Positions 33,841 to 45,064 of a DNA stretch of 64,000 nt are shown here, piece by piece. Source of the DNA: Vairimorpha necatrix. Taxonomy: Eukaryota. The stretch's first letter is position 1, and every line of letters begins with the position of its first letter. Under the pieces are notes generated by a model. It did no database searches and was not told where the DNA came from. It worked only from the letters and a program-made list of their open reading frames with translations. The DNA lies in contig CP142730.1 of assembly GCA_036630325.1 (NCBI GenBank), forward strand, positions 620,001 to 684,000. The letters are read 5' to 3'. Made by a program: the position numbers and the translations under genes.

Positions 33841-36800
33841 TTTTGATCTCTTTATAAGAAAAAATACTGTTTCTTCTAAGAAGGTGGTATTTTTTATTGC
33901 CTCTAGGCTTTTTTCATTCAAAAAATTTATTTACTATTCACTGAAAAGTCTAGCGTAGTTTTTTCGTTCTCTTTACTTTTCTTACGCAACTACAGAAAGC
34001 TGATTTATAAATCAATTTTTTGCTCATCGATTGATTTTTAAAATTGTAAATTGTAATAAAACATAAAAAAATGTTACATATCAATTTGAAACTCTTTAAT
34101 GAAATTTTGTTTATGTATTTTATTTATTAAGCTTGCAAAAATATATTCTTTTGGATTTTTGTAATAATTTTTGTGATTTTTATTTCACCCATCAGTTTAA
34201 AAATTGCATCAACTACCCTATGCAGAATTAATCCTAATCGAAAAGTTACTTTACCTTTAATTTAAAATCGTATAAGATTTTTTTAAATACCTTAAAAGAT
34301 AATTTGGAGGGGGGGGATAAGCAAACTACTGATTGCTGTCTTTTTTTAATTTCTCCAATTTTTCAGTTAATTTTAGTAAGGTAATATTTGTTTAACGGTA
34401 GAACCTCTAGTTGCGACTTATTTTTAGTATTAATATCCATTTTATTACAAATACCGTGTTTAAATGATATAATATAAATAAAAAGAATTAACGGAAATTT
34501 TTTATTTAAATTATAAGAGAAAGTTGAAGTATACATTATAGCAATAATAAATGTACTCTAAACAAACAAAATTGGTTTAGTTTTTTCTATTGCATTTTTT
34601 GACCAAAACTTATAACTATATATTTTTAAAAGAAAATTTTTTTTTTGGGAGGGGTTAAAAAAAATTATTTATACCCCAAATCAGTACCAGTCGTGATCTT
34701 TGCCAAATGGACATATTTGAGAATCTCCGGCCCATAATAAATATATTATAATTTAAAGCGATAATATGTCTTATTTATCGACCGGATCAATGTGTAAGAG
34801 ATATTACTGCGACATTTTTTATACACATGTCTATAACGCAAAAAAAAATTATTATTTTAAAAATTTAAATACGGGGATCGGATAACATAAAGTCTTTGAA
34901 ACATAGTATAACAAGAATTTGACCTACAACCTTACATGATCTATTGTAGATTAACATGCCGATAAGTCTTTACTTGAAAATATTTGTGGTGGTATTTAGT
35001 TTTTTTCGAGCTTGACGTCAGAAAATTTGATTTTAAAATGAATGCGAAAAGTTAGGGCGAGAAAGCATGAAAACTGTTATAATATATAAATTTATTGTTT
35101 ATTTGGCGAATTCTAAATATAGTTCAAAACTTATGTATTAAATCCATCAGTCAACCCATCATGAAGTTATAACAGTAACTTTCAACACTCGAGTGGAATC
35201 TTTTGTTTTGATTTATTAACTCGTTCCACAATTACATAGCTCTTTAATTTTTAAATACTAGATAAATATTCAGATACAAAAAATTTTATTCAACTTAGTG
35301 CATTACAGTATCCCATCATAAAAGCAAAATATTGGAGTTTTATGATGTTTCTTGTATACATAAAAATTTTCTTATATTAACTGTGTCTTTAACTAAACAA
35401 ATACTAAATTTGAATGTTTATTTATCTATTGTTTTCTTAAAACAAAATATTAATTACAGCAGCATAAAATAAAAGTTTAAAAAATGTAGAATATAATGAA
35501 TAATTAACAAGTATGTGCAGAAAAAAAATATGTATACATGTTAGTCAAAGCCAAGCTGTTTTCAATATTCATAAAAAAATGATAAAATTTTTTTAAATTT
35601 CTCATTTCAACTTTCTTTTCTATGTTTAGTAGATTTTTTAGTCTTAAATGCTCAATTTTTTCATATAACACCATTCGTAAATCTATGTTACTCCACATAA
35701 AAAAATTTTATTTTTATAGGATAATCAATGTCATATTGTTTTCTTCATAATATTCAGAAAAGACCCCGCACAATCTTAAATTATGCCTTACCAAGATAAA
35801 AACTTGTTTTTCGATCTGACTATTTTTATAAATACAATAAAAATTTTGTAGAGAATAGTATTTCAACACTAGGCACCAATGCATTTTTTAAGAAAAAACA
35901 AACAATGGTCGAAGCGCATATATTGGCATAATTATCGGCTTTAATTTCGTTTTCTTGTTCATATATAATTAATTATGAATGTGCCCAAACAAAATTCTTA
36001 AAACAAAAGACATAAAATTTGATGTGAAGATAAAATTTTAAGAGGTCATTTACATCCCTCAAACTTTTTATATTGTTAGTTTGACATATATATTACCTAT
36101 ATATAACTTTAGATTTAATAGCGTATGTTTATTTCTATATCAAAGCTGGCCCATCATAATATTTGTCTCTCTGTTGTCAGAATAAGTGGAAATGCGATTA
36201 GCAAGCAGGATAAAATTGCTTCATTTTTACTTTTTTGTGTATTTTTTCACAATAAATTAATCAAAAGTTGTTCAAATGAATAAATTTATCAAAAAACATC
36301 TGAATTTCAAATGTACAAAGCTATCTCAAAGTTTCATTTTTTCAGGAAATATAAGAAAACTTTAATATCAATGGTTAAAAATGATGAGATGTTTACAAAA
36401 TTTTAATACCAAAAAATACAATAACCTTCTTATAAAATATACGTTTAATTTTTTTCTCATATTGTATGCAACTAAAAAAGTTCTTATTACACGTTTTCAT
36501 TAATAATGTTGAATCTTAGCACCATAACGCGTTGTCAAGTACAGATTATTCAATTATGAGTGATGCTTATTATAAGCATATTAGATGTTCTTATATGTAT
36601 AGGTTTTTTATAAATTATAAATTATATTTAACATATATATTACGTTGATGGGGGTTTACAATAATAATATTTCGTCGTTTTTGAAATGAAATTCTTCTTT
36701 TTGATTTTAAACATCTTATGTGCATTGCGGATTGAATAATACAATGCTTTATATACCTTCGTAATTTTTTATCATTATTCTTTGAACTGCGACGTTATCC

Positions 36801-37006
36801 AAAAAACGAATTTTATTTTTTTTTTTGATTAAAAATTATATTGTCATTTTTTTTTGTAATTACATTACAGATGTATTAATAATATATAATTATACACATA
36901 CAAAAAATTGTTTTGAAAAACCTTTCAAAACAATTAAAATAGCTTATTCTATTTGTTATATGCATTTCCTCAAGTTTTTTTTAATTTAAATATATTTAAT
37001 AGTACA

Positions 37007-38311
37007 TCAAATTTTATTAATATTAAATGAGCGAGATATTATTGGTGGCAATGTAAATGACAATATTAGATAAAAGATTATAACCCAATGGCACTGGTTA
37101 TCTTTAAATTCAATAATTTGTTTAAAAAATAATACCAAAAGATTTGTAAGTAAAAAATTTGTCATCATATTTTTACTGACAAAATCCAAAGTAGTGTAAT
37201 TTTGAAAATGTGTCAAAATAGATACAAAAATATAAATTAAAAGATGCGCGGTGTGCAAATATAAAATGAAAAATACATACGTTGCATTACACAGTCGTCT
37301 ACTTGGGTCCTCGAAATATGCGAACATTCTATACAATAGATAAAATATCCCCAAATATTTTGACAAATTTAGTATTTTATATTTTAAGTTATCTAATTTA
37401 GCTTCTTTTACGTTATTCTGATTAATTAAAAACGGATAAAATAAAATACGGCTGATGTCTTGTAAAATCATCATCAGACAGAGAAAAGGAATTATTACGA
37501 AAAACGTTTCTTTGTTTTGAAATATAAATCCGTGTCTGTTGTTGTTCAATATAAATTTATCAATTTTATAATGCCTTGTTACTATTTGGTATATAATAAG
37601 AAGGGGATATCCAAGTTTATTATACGGGAATATTTTGTAAATAAATTGTACAAGAGCGAGAATGAAGTAGAAGTTGCTATGGACGCCGTATTCAGCAACT
37701 TCTACTTGTAAATTAAAGACACAAATCGTCATGTATCTGATTAGGCCAAGGATTAAAAGAATAAGAATATTTTTGTTAATTATTCTTTTCACTTTATCTT
37801 GTGGTAATGTTTTAATATAATTATTTACATCGGTTTCTTTATTATGATTCGTAGTTATATTGATTTTTAAGTTGGTAGTTACCTTGGTTTTATTTATCAT
37901 TAGTCCACAGTTATAAATATATGACCCGACTCCGATATCCATAAGCTTAAATCCGTAGTCTAATGATTTACCGAACTTAGCAGGAAACATCCTTATAAAG
38001 TCTGCTGCAAGTATACAAATGGCCGTTTGACATGCTAAATACGATCTTAATATTCTTATAATACTAAAATTCATATCTTTACATAATAAAGTAGGTTGTT
38101 TAGCTTTTATTTTATTAAAATTAATTAACAAAATTAATAAACATATGAGTTCGGTCTTTTGATTAGGATACATGATAATATAATACTGAGGACATATCCA
38201 AAACACGAAATCTAAAATAATATTATGACAAGGAAATGTATTATACGCAAGAAGAGACAAATTCGAAATGCCGGTTACAATAAAAATCTCCGATTCGCTA
38301 GAAAAAGACAT
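37007..38311 (-). CDS. GWT1: GPI inositol acyltransferase GWT1/PIG-W
   Basis: TAICILAADF..FP.KFGKS..YG..LMDIGVGSY, EYGVHSNFY, PSRRLCNATYV; multi-TM. Confidence 0.93.
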   Translation of the reverse strand: MSFSSESEIFIVTGISNLSLLAYNTFPCHNIILDFVFWICPQYYIIMYPNQKTELICLLILLINFNKIKAKQPTLLCKDMNFSIIRILRSYLACQTAICILAADFIRMFPAKFGKSLDYGFKLMDIGVGSYIYNCGLMINKTKVTTNLKINITTNHNKETDVNNYIKTLPQDKVKRIINKNILILLILGLIRYMTICVFNLQVEVAEYGVHSNFYFILALVQFIYKIFPYNKLGYPLLIIYQIVTRHYKIDKFILNNNRHGFIFQNKETFFVIIPFLCLMMILQDISRILFYPFLINQNNVKEAKLDNLKYKILNLSKYLGIFYLLYRMFAYFEDPSRRLCNATYVFFILYLHTAHLLIYIFVSILTHFQNYTTLDFVSKNMMTNFLLTNLLVLFFKQIIEFKDNQCHWVIIFYLILSFTLPPIISRSFNINKI

Positions 38312-38443
38312 AAGGGGTTAACTGTTTTAAATAAATAAAAATAATATTTTGTTTAAGTTTGTTAAAATTCTAATTTTATACATTATTTTTTTTATTAATC
38401 GTAAAGTTTACTTTATTTGTCAGTTATAATGTTATAACCCCTC

Positions 38444-39372
38444 ATGACAGAATCTACGCTTGTATATTTCCATACGTACAGAACTAATGTAAAAGAAAGA
38501 TGGAAAAATAAATCATTAGTCGATATATTAGAATATGAATTTAGAACCAGAACAAGAGAATATTTTATTGAAGCTATAGAAAGTGGTGTTATAACTGTAA
38601 ATGATAAAAAAGTTAGACCGACCTACAAATTACATTAGTTGATTACATAAAACACATTGTCCACATGCACGAACCACAAGTTCCGAAAATACATGTGATC
38701 GCCCACGAGGAGGAATATTGGGTAATTCATAAACCAGCAGGGGTACCTTGTCATCCTACCGGAGGATACAGAGAATATTCAGTCACTAGAAAATTATTTG
38801 GTGATAAGAAAGTTGCATGTGTAAACAGACTTGACATGCCTGTGTCTGGTGTTTTAATAATAACTTTTGAAAATTTTAAAAATAATATGATGAAAATTTC
38901 TGAAGCTGAAAAAATTTATGTGGCTAAAGTCGAAGGCGAATTTCCAGACTATGTCGATTGCCAAGAAAGAATTTTTTGTGAAGAAGGAAGACGAAGATTT
39001 GTAAGTGAACGGGGCAAGGAATGCCAAACACTTTTTAAAAAAATAGAATATAAAAATGGGTATAGTCTTGTAGAATGCAAGCCTATCACAGGTAGGACAC
39101 ATCAAATTAGAATTCATTTACAGAGTCTTGGGTTTTCAATAGTAAATGATTATATTTATGGAAACTACACTAAAGAAGAAAACACGTTTAAAAAAGATTG
39201 TACAAGTAAATGTGAAGAAGATCCAGTTTACAATTGTGTATTAAGAAATTGCAAAGGGGAGAATAATAGAGGATTTGAGCTTAGAGATAAACATATTTGT
39301 CTTCATGCTTATGCTTATAAATTTAATAATGTTTGGTACAAAGCAGACTGGCCTGAGTGGACAAAATTATAG
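38444..39372 (+). CDS. RluA-family pseudouridine synthase (Rib2/Pus9-like), split by a one-base frameshift at about 38635
   Basis: S4-like N-terminal part (KERWKNKSLVDI..EFR) followed by DYIKHIVHMHEP, HKPAGVPCHPTG, VNRLDMPVSG, PITGRTHQIRIHL, ICLHA. Confidence 0.88.
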
Positions 39373-39542
39373 AAAAATAAATTTTAAAAAATATAATGAA
39401 TTTAAAATAATGTGGTTATATAATAAAAAAAAATTATTATTGAATTCTATCATAATTGTATGCACTTATTATAGCTAAAAAAAGACTAATAAATTTACTA
39501 ATGTTTTTTTGTTTTCTTTTTCTTAAATTTCTACCCCAAAAA

Positions 39543-40196
39543 ATGAAGCTCAACATTGCTGACCCAGTAAATGGCACACAGAAAATGTATGAAATTGAGC
39601 ACAAGGCCCAATTGAAACTTTATAATAAAAAAATCGGGGATCAATTCAATGGTGACATTTTGGATGAAAAATTCAATGGTTACGTTTTTGAAATAACTGG
39701 CGGAGATGACGCCCAAGGATTTCCAATGTCAAAGAAATATTTGACACCAAACAGAATTAGACCACTTCTCAGCAAAGGAGACGTAGGCTACAGATGTAGA
39801 AGAAAAGGTGTAAGAATGAGAAAAAGTGTTAGGGGAGCTATTGTGTCTGAAGAAACTAATGTCTTGGCTATAATAGTAATTAAGAAAGGAGACAATGAAT
39901 TAGAAGGCCTTACTGACAGAAGCAACCCAAGAACTCATTTACCAAAGAAAGATAAAAAATTGAGAAGCATGTTTAATATTCCTGAAGGAGAAGACATTGT
40001 CACTTATCTTAAGGATCTTTTAAGTAAGAACTTACCAGAAGGGGCTAAGCTCCCAAACATCAAGCCCACTGGCCATATTCACGAGCGCAAAAGAGCCCAA
40101 AAGGAGGCTTCTAAAAAAGCGCACGCCGAGAGGAAAGCAAGGAATGAAGCACAAAGGCAACAATGGCTTAAGACCTACAATATAAAACAAGATTAA
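39543..40196 (+). CDS. RPS6: 40S ribosomal protein eS6
   Basis: [40 protein letters not shown]; start placed at the ATG after CCCC. Confidence 0.97.
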
Positions 40197-40221
40197 AAAT
40201 TTTAATTTATTTTTTACATTT

Positions 40222-40857
40222 CTAAGTTTCACTGTTCTGTAAATATTTCTCTATGTCCTTGTCCATTTTGTCTTTTAAGTTTTTTACTTCTTTTTCTATG
40301 TAGTCGCCAATTAGCGCGCGCACTGTCGTCAAAGGCGACATGTTAAATTTTGTTGATTCAAAAATGTATCCGAAAATATCTTTGATATTTTTCGGCAAAT
40401 ACAAATTTATTTGCATGTATAAATCTATTGTTTCTTTATATTCACCACTTATCAATTTTATAAAAAAGAAATCTGATGGTTTTTTTAAATTTAAACTAAA
40501 TCTTTTAGTTACTAAGCATTTGTGAGATTTGTCTGTTGACCCGCATTTATAGCAAAATATAAAAGGAATTCCTTCTTTAAGATCGAATCTTATGAAAGAA
40601 TTTGATCTTTTGTCTGTCATTTTGTTAGGTGTGAAAATGCTGCAATCTTTTTTATGTGCAAAATGTTCTAAAATTGGCACATCTGACTCCTCCCAACCTT
40701 CAAGGTGTTTTTTACAGTACACACACATAGCAGATTGTTCTAGTGTATTTGATTTACAAATAAATCCGCATATGGCGAGTAAATGCGGGTTACTTGCGTA
40801 GCCTGAGAGCCATTTCATATTTGTAAATGTTTTATACCTTTGCTCGTAGGAAAACAT
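40222..40857 (-). CDS. BIR-domain protein (survivin/Bir1-like)
   Basis: YEQRYKTF..W, LAICGF, CVYC..LEGWEESDVPILEH..H..C; start placed at the ATG after CCCC. Confidence 0.88.
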   Translation of the reverse strand: MFSYEQRYKTFTNMKWLSGYASNPHLLAICGFICKSNTLEQSAMCVYCKKHLEGWEESDVPILEHFAHKKDCSIFTPNKMTDKRSNSFIRFDLKEGIPFIFCYKCGSTDKSHKCLVTKRFSLNLKKPSDFFFIKLISGEYKETIDLYMQINLYLPKNIKDIFGYIFESTKFNMSPLTTVRALIGDYIEKEVKNLKDKMDKDIEKYLQNSET

Positions 40858-41001
40858 AAGGGGAGAAGATCCGAAAAAAATGATCAAAAAAGTTTCGGTC
40901 TTTAAAAATATACTTTTAAAACTAATATAATATATAATTTAATGTAATTCTAAGCATAAGCAATAAGAATAAAAAATTATTTTTGCAAGACTCAGTTTTT
41001 A

Positions 41002-41949
41002 TTAATAGTCACCTATTTCAAAATTGAATTCTGGAAAATATCCAGAAATAATTGTACTTTCGTAATAACCTAGTCCACCAAATTTATCATAAATTTGCGC
41101 ACTTAACTCAAGCGTAGAGCATTTTATTAAAGTCAAATATTTAAGCGTAACTATTTGGAGATTTTCATTTGGAAAATTGTCCAATATAAAAGATTTCGGA
41201 ACATTTGCATTAAATAAAAACACGACCCTGGTGGGTTCCATCGAACTAACAAATGGAATATTAAATATTTCTGGTATGTCAGTTATTAAACAATTTTCAT
41301 ATGCAAATTTGATACTAAATTTTTCATTATTTTTTATCTTGATTTTTGATAAAACTTCTACTATTCGCTCTACTAAAGGCTGTTCTTTGAATATTACAGC
41401 AACATATAACTTATTTATACATCTTTTTAGACCAAACAAAGGTGAAATATCATTAAGAGATTTTTTTAATAAATTAAATCTAATTTCATTAGTATCATTT
41501 TCTAAAGGTCCAATGATAAGCTTATAATAATCTAAAGGTAAGTTTTCATTGTAAAAACCATTAACAGGAATTTTTTTCTTGATTGCAAGTTCTTTTAAAA
41601 TATCAAAAGATGTAAAAATGAAAACTTTTTTAAATAAAAAAAATTCATTTGACGATATGGCGCATAAATCTGCATCTTGTATATTTTTAAATGTTATTTC
41701 ATATTCTTCATATTGTCTTATTGATTCATATTCTCCAAATTTGGAAATATAGTCTAGTAACTGTCTTTTACTACATTGAGTTTTGCAATACACCACGCTG
41801 GTATCTCTTATATAATTTATATTTGGGAAATTTAGTAGATCAGAGTCTATATTTTTGTATTGAACATATTTAACATTAGATTGTATAATTTGTTCAATGT
41901 ATTTTATTCTTCGATCTATCGTGGCATCATAGCGAGTTCTCTTCTGCAT
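41002..41949 (-). CDS. U2AF large subunit-like RRM/UHM protein
   Basis: RRM-like segments; C-terminal PTRVVFLFN..FGGLGYYESTIISGYFPE resembles the U2AF65 UHM. Confidence 0.6.
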   Translation of the reverse strand: MQKRTRYDATIDRRIKYIEQIIQSNVKYVQYKNIDSDLLNFPNINYIRDTSVVYCKTQCSKRQLLDYISKFGEYESIRQYEEYEITFKNIQDADLCAISSNEFFLFKKVFIFTSFDILKELAIKKKIPVNGFYNENLPLDYYKLIIGPLENDTNEIRFNLLKKSLNDISPLFGLKRCINKLYVAVIFKEQPLVERIVEVLSKIKIKNNEKFSIKFAYENCLITDIPEIFNIPFVSSMEPTRVVFLFNANVPKSFILDNFPNENLQIVTLKYLTLIKCSTLELSAQIYDKFGGLGYYESTIISGYFPEFNFEIGDY

Positions 41950-41990
41950 TTCTAGGGATGAATATTATAAAAATAAAACGAAACTTATGA

Positions 41991-42072
41991 GGCAACGTGG
42001 CCGAGTGGTTAAGGCGTCAGTCTAGAAAACTGATAGGTTCATCCTGCACAGGTTCAAATCCTGTCGTTGTCG
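41991..42072 (+). tRNA. tRNA-Ser(AGA)
   Basis: Acceptor GGCAACG/CGTTGTC; anticodon arm TCAGT-CTAGAAA-ACTGA; long variable arm; T loop TTCAAAT; oligo-T terminator. Confidence 0.96.
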
Positions 42073-42945
42073 TTTTTTATAAAAAATGTGGCTCGTAAAA
42101 AAAATATTAAATTTTTTAAATTTGCTTTAACAGTAAAGATTTAGTAGAATATTTATCGAATTGGCATTTACATTGCGACGGTCCTAATATGAATTTACAT
42201 AAGAAAATTCACAATGTCGATATTTAAGGAACAAATGATTTTTTAGGCAAAAAACCAATTCTTTTATTCCTAACTTTCGCTTTGTTTTTTAAAGACATTA
42301 TTACATTATTTACGATCTTATTGCAACGAAAAATTTTTTAAACTATCTACAAGCAACATAATTTATATTATATCTTGTTTACAATCTAATTATAACAATA
42401 ACTGAACATATGAAGAATAAATTCTAAGAATTGATAGTATAGTGTAAAAAATTATATATTCAAAGCTGTATATAGATACAAGATTAAAATGCTTAGAAAA
42501 TAAAAATGTTTTTAAATTTTTTTTTCTATTTTACAAATAGTCATAGGTTTTTATTTTTAATATAAATCTTAAAAACAATATTCGTTATTAATAAATCAAA
42601 AATTTAAAACTAATGATTTGTTTAAATTGTCGATCGAACTTCAATAATTTTTAGTGTTTTCTGCTTACTAAATAATTATAAAAATATGATAACTATTAAT
42701 ATAATGATAATAAATATTTTTACATTAAAAAAGATTATTAATTAAGTTCAATTCCCCTTTCAAGCCTCTCAGTATTTTTTAATTCATTGATGCTTTTAAA
42801 AATGATTGGTGCCTTTAAAAATAAAATCTCGTAAATATCAAATAGTTCATTTTTATTGATAATTGATTCTAAAATACAATTTTCTCATATTATTTGTCTT
42901 TTTTATTTTTTTACTATAAATAAATTTTTTTTTATAATTTTTTAA

Positions 42946-44469
42946 ATGAAAGATTTATTCAAACAAGATAAAGACCGTATAAATAATTTTACTAGGGAAA
43001 TAAAAATAGATGATGAGTTCATATACTTTGATTTTTCCAAAACACATGTAAATCTTGAATCTAAAAAGGACTATATACAAAAAATAGAAGAATCCAAAAT
43101 ATATGAAAAAATTCAAGACATGTTTTCTGGTAAAAAAATCAATTACACAGAAAACAGAGAAGTTTTACACACGATTTTAAGAAATAAAGATGTGATTCAA
43201 GCAGTAAAAAGTAGTGAACCAAGCAATTTAGATAAAAATAAAAAACTCGTTTATGACGAATTAAATAAAATTAAAAATTTTTCTAATGATCTAAATAGTA
43301 AAAAATTACTTGGGTGTACAGGTAAAGTGATAAATACAATAGTAAATATTGGTATAGGAGGAAGTGATCTAGGCCCGAAAATGGTATGCGACACTTTAAG
43401 TGAATATTCACAAGGCGATTTACAAGTTCATTTTATTTCAAATATTGACGCTACTGCTACTATTAAAGTTTTTAAAGATATTAATCCAGAGACAAGTTTA
43501 TTTATAATTTGTAGTAAAACTTTTACTACGTTAGAGACTATACAAAACATGAAATTGGCTTACAAATACATGGAAAAAAGTTTTAATAATCATAAGAAAT
43601 CTGATATTTTTGAGAAACATTTTGTAGCTGTAAGTTCTAATATTGAAGAAGTAAAAAAATATAATATACAAAATATTTTTGCTATGTGGGATTTCGTAGG
43701 TGGACGATATTCTTTATGGTCTGCCGTCGGGTTGTCTATAGCCTGTTATATTGGATTTACAAATTTCCTAGAAATGCTCGAAGGTGCTTCATTAGTCGAC
43801 GAAGAATTTAAAACCAATAAAGGCTGCGCCAATGTCGAGATATTTCATGCCGCGATAGAATGTTTTTATTCGGATCGTGATTATAATAATAAATGTATTG
43901 TCAGTTATGACCAATACATGGAAAAATTTTATTTATATTTACAACAAGCAGAGATGGAAAGCAATGGCAAATATTCTTCTGACACTAATACAGGACTTAT
44001 TATATGGGGTGGAATAGGTACAGACACACAACATTCTTTTTTTCAATTATGTCATCAAGGGACTCGTAAGATATTATTAGAGTTTTTATTTCCATTTAAA
44101 CCACTTCACAATGAATTAGTTCATCATGAAATGCTTCTTAGCAATTGTTTCGCACAATCTCGTGCACTTATGGAAGGTAAAGAAGGTAGAAAAGGTATTG
44201 ATGATTTTGAAGGGAATAGGCCGTCTATTAGTATTGGGTATTCTAAATTGTGTCCTAAGATATTAGGAGCTTTGATAGCTCATTATGAGCATAAAATATT
44301 TGTACAAGGTGTTTTATGGAAGATAAATTCATTTGACCAATTTGGCGTTACATTGGGCAAATCAATAGCGACAGATTTATTAAAATCAATTAAAGGAGAG
44401 AGTGAAACATCTTATGATGAAAGTACGAATGAATTGCTAAGAAGATTTAAGAGTGTAAAAAATGAATAA
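42946..44469 (+). CDS. GPI: Glucose-6-phosphate isomerase
   Basis: NIGIGGSDLGP, SKTFTTLET, WDFVGGRYSLWSAVG, QQAEMESNGK, INSFDQFGVTLGK. Confidence 0.98.
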   Translation: MKDLFKQDKDRINNFTREIKIDDEFIYFDFSKTHVNLESKKDYIQKIEESKIYEKIQDMFSGKKINYTENREVLHTILRNKDVIQAVKSSEPSNLDKNKKLVYDELNKIKNFSNDLNSKKLLGCTGKVINTIVNIGIGGSDLGPKMVCDTLSEYSQGDLQVHFISNIDATATIKVFKDINPETSLFIICSKTFTTLETIQNMKLAYKYMEKSFNNHKKSDIFEKHFVAVSSNIEEVKKYNIQNIFAMWDFVGGRYSLWSAVGLSIACYIGFTNFLEMLEGASLVDEEFKTNKGCANVEIFHAAIECFYSDRDYNNKCIVSYDQYMEKFYLYLQQAEMESNGKYSSDTNTGLIIWGGIGTDTQHSFFQLCHQGTRKILLEFLFPFKPLHNELVHHEMLLSNCFAQSRALMEGKEGRKGIDDFEGNRPSISIGYSKLCPKILGALIAHYEHKIFVQGVLWKINSFDQFGVTLGKSIATDLLKSIKGESETSYDESTNELLRRFKSVKNE

Positions 44470-44722
44470 AAATTTTTATTTGTTATTTTCATGTTTCATT
44501 TTCAATCTATAGAATTAAAAAAATAAAAATTTTATATGTAAAATTTAAATATATCTTTATAAAATTTTTTAATATGTATAATTATGTGTATTTTACATGT
44601 AGCTTAAGTATAAGTAAATATTAAAAATACACTTAATTTCGATGATGACGTAAATCAGTAAATAATGAGTACATAACTTAATAGCATCCACTTTATTTTA
44701 TTTTTGTAATTTTATAATTACA

Positions 44723-44793
44723 TCTCCTATGGTGCAGTGGTAGCATGCTAGTCTGTCACGCTGGTGGCCCGGGTTCGAGTCCCGGTGGGAGAG
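44723..44793 (+). tRNA. tRNA-Asp(GTC)
   Basis: Acceptor TCTCCTA/TGGGAGA; anticodon loop CT-GTC-AC; T arm CCGGG-TTCGAGT-CCCGG; oligo-T terminator. Confidence 0.96.
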
Positions 44794-45064
44794 TTTTTTA
44801 TGTTTGTTTATAATTTTTGACAGTTTCTCTTAATTTTGTTTATTTAAATAAAATATTTATTATAAACAATTATACATCATTCTTTTACATTATTATTTTA
44901 CTATATCTTGAATATTTTTTTTTTATTAAATAATTTATTTTAATTAAACTTTTATTAAACTAGACTTCATTCGTATTGGTGTAAATTAAAACATTTACTG
45001 GTGTTATAAATTTTTATGTTTTATGCAAATTTCTATAAATAAAATGAAAATTTGATCCCTCTGC

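Noticed and set aside
35500-36660. Decayed protease-like pseudogene on the minus strand (HWCLV.., CGVF fragments)
   Set aside because: The motifs are in different frames and too short to support a call.
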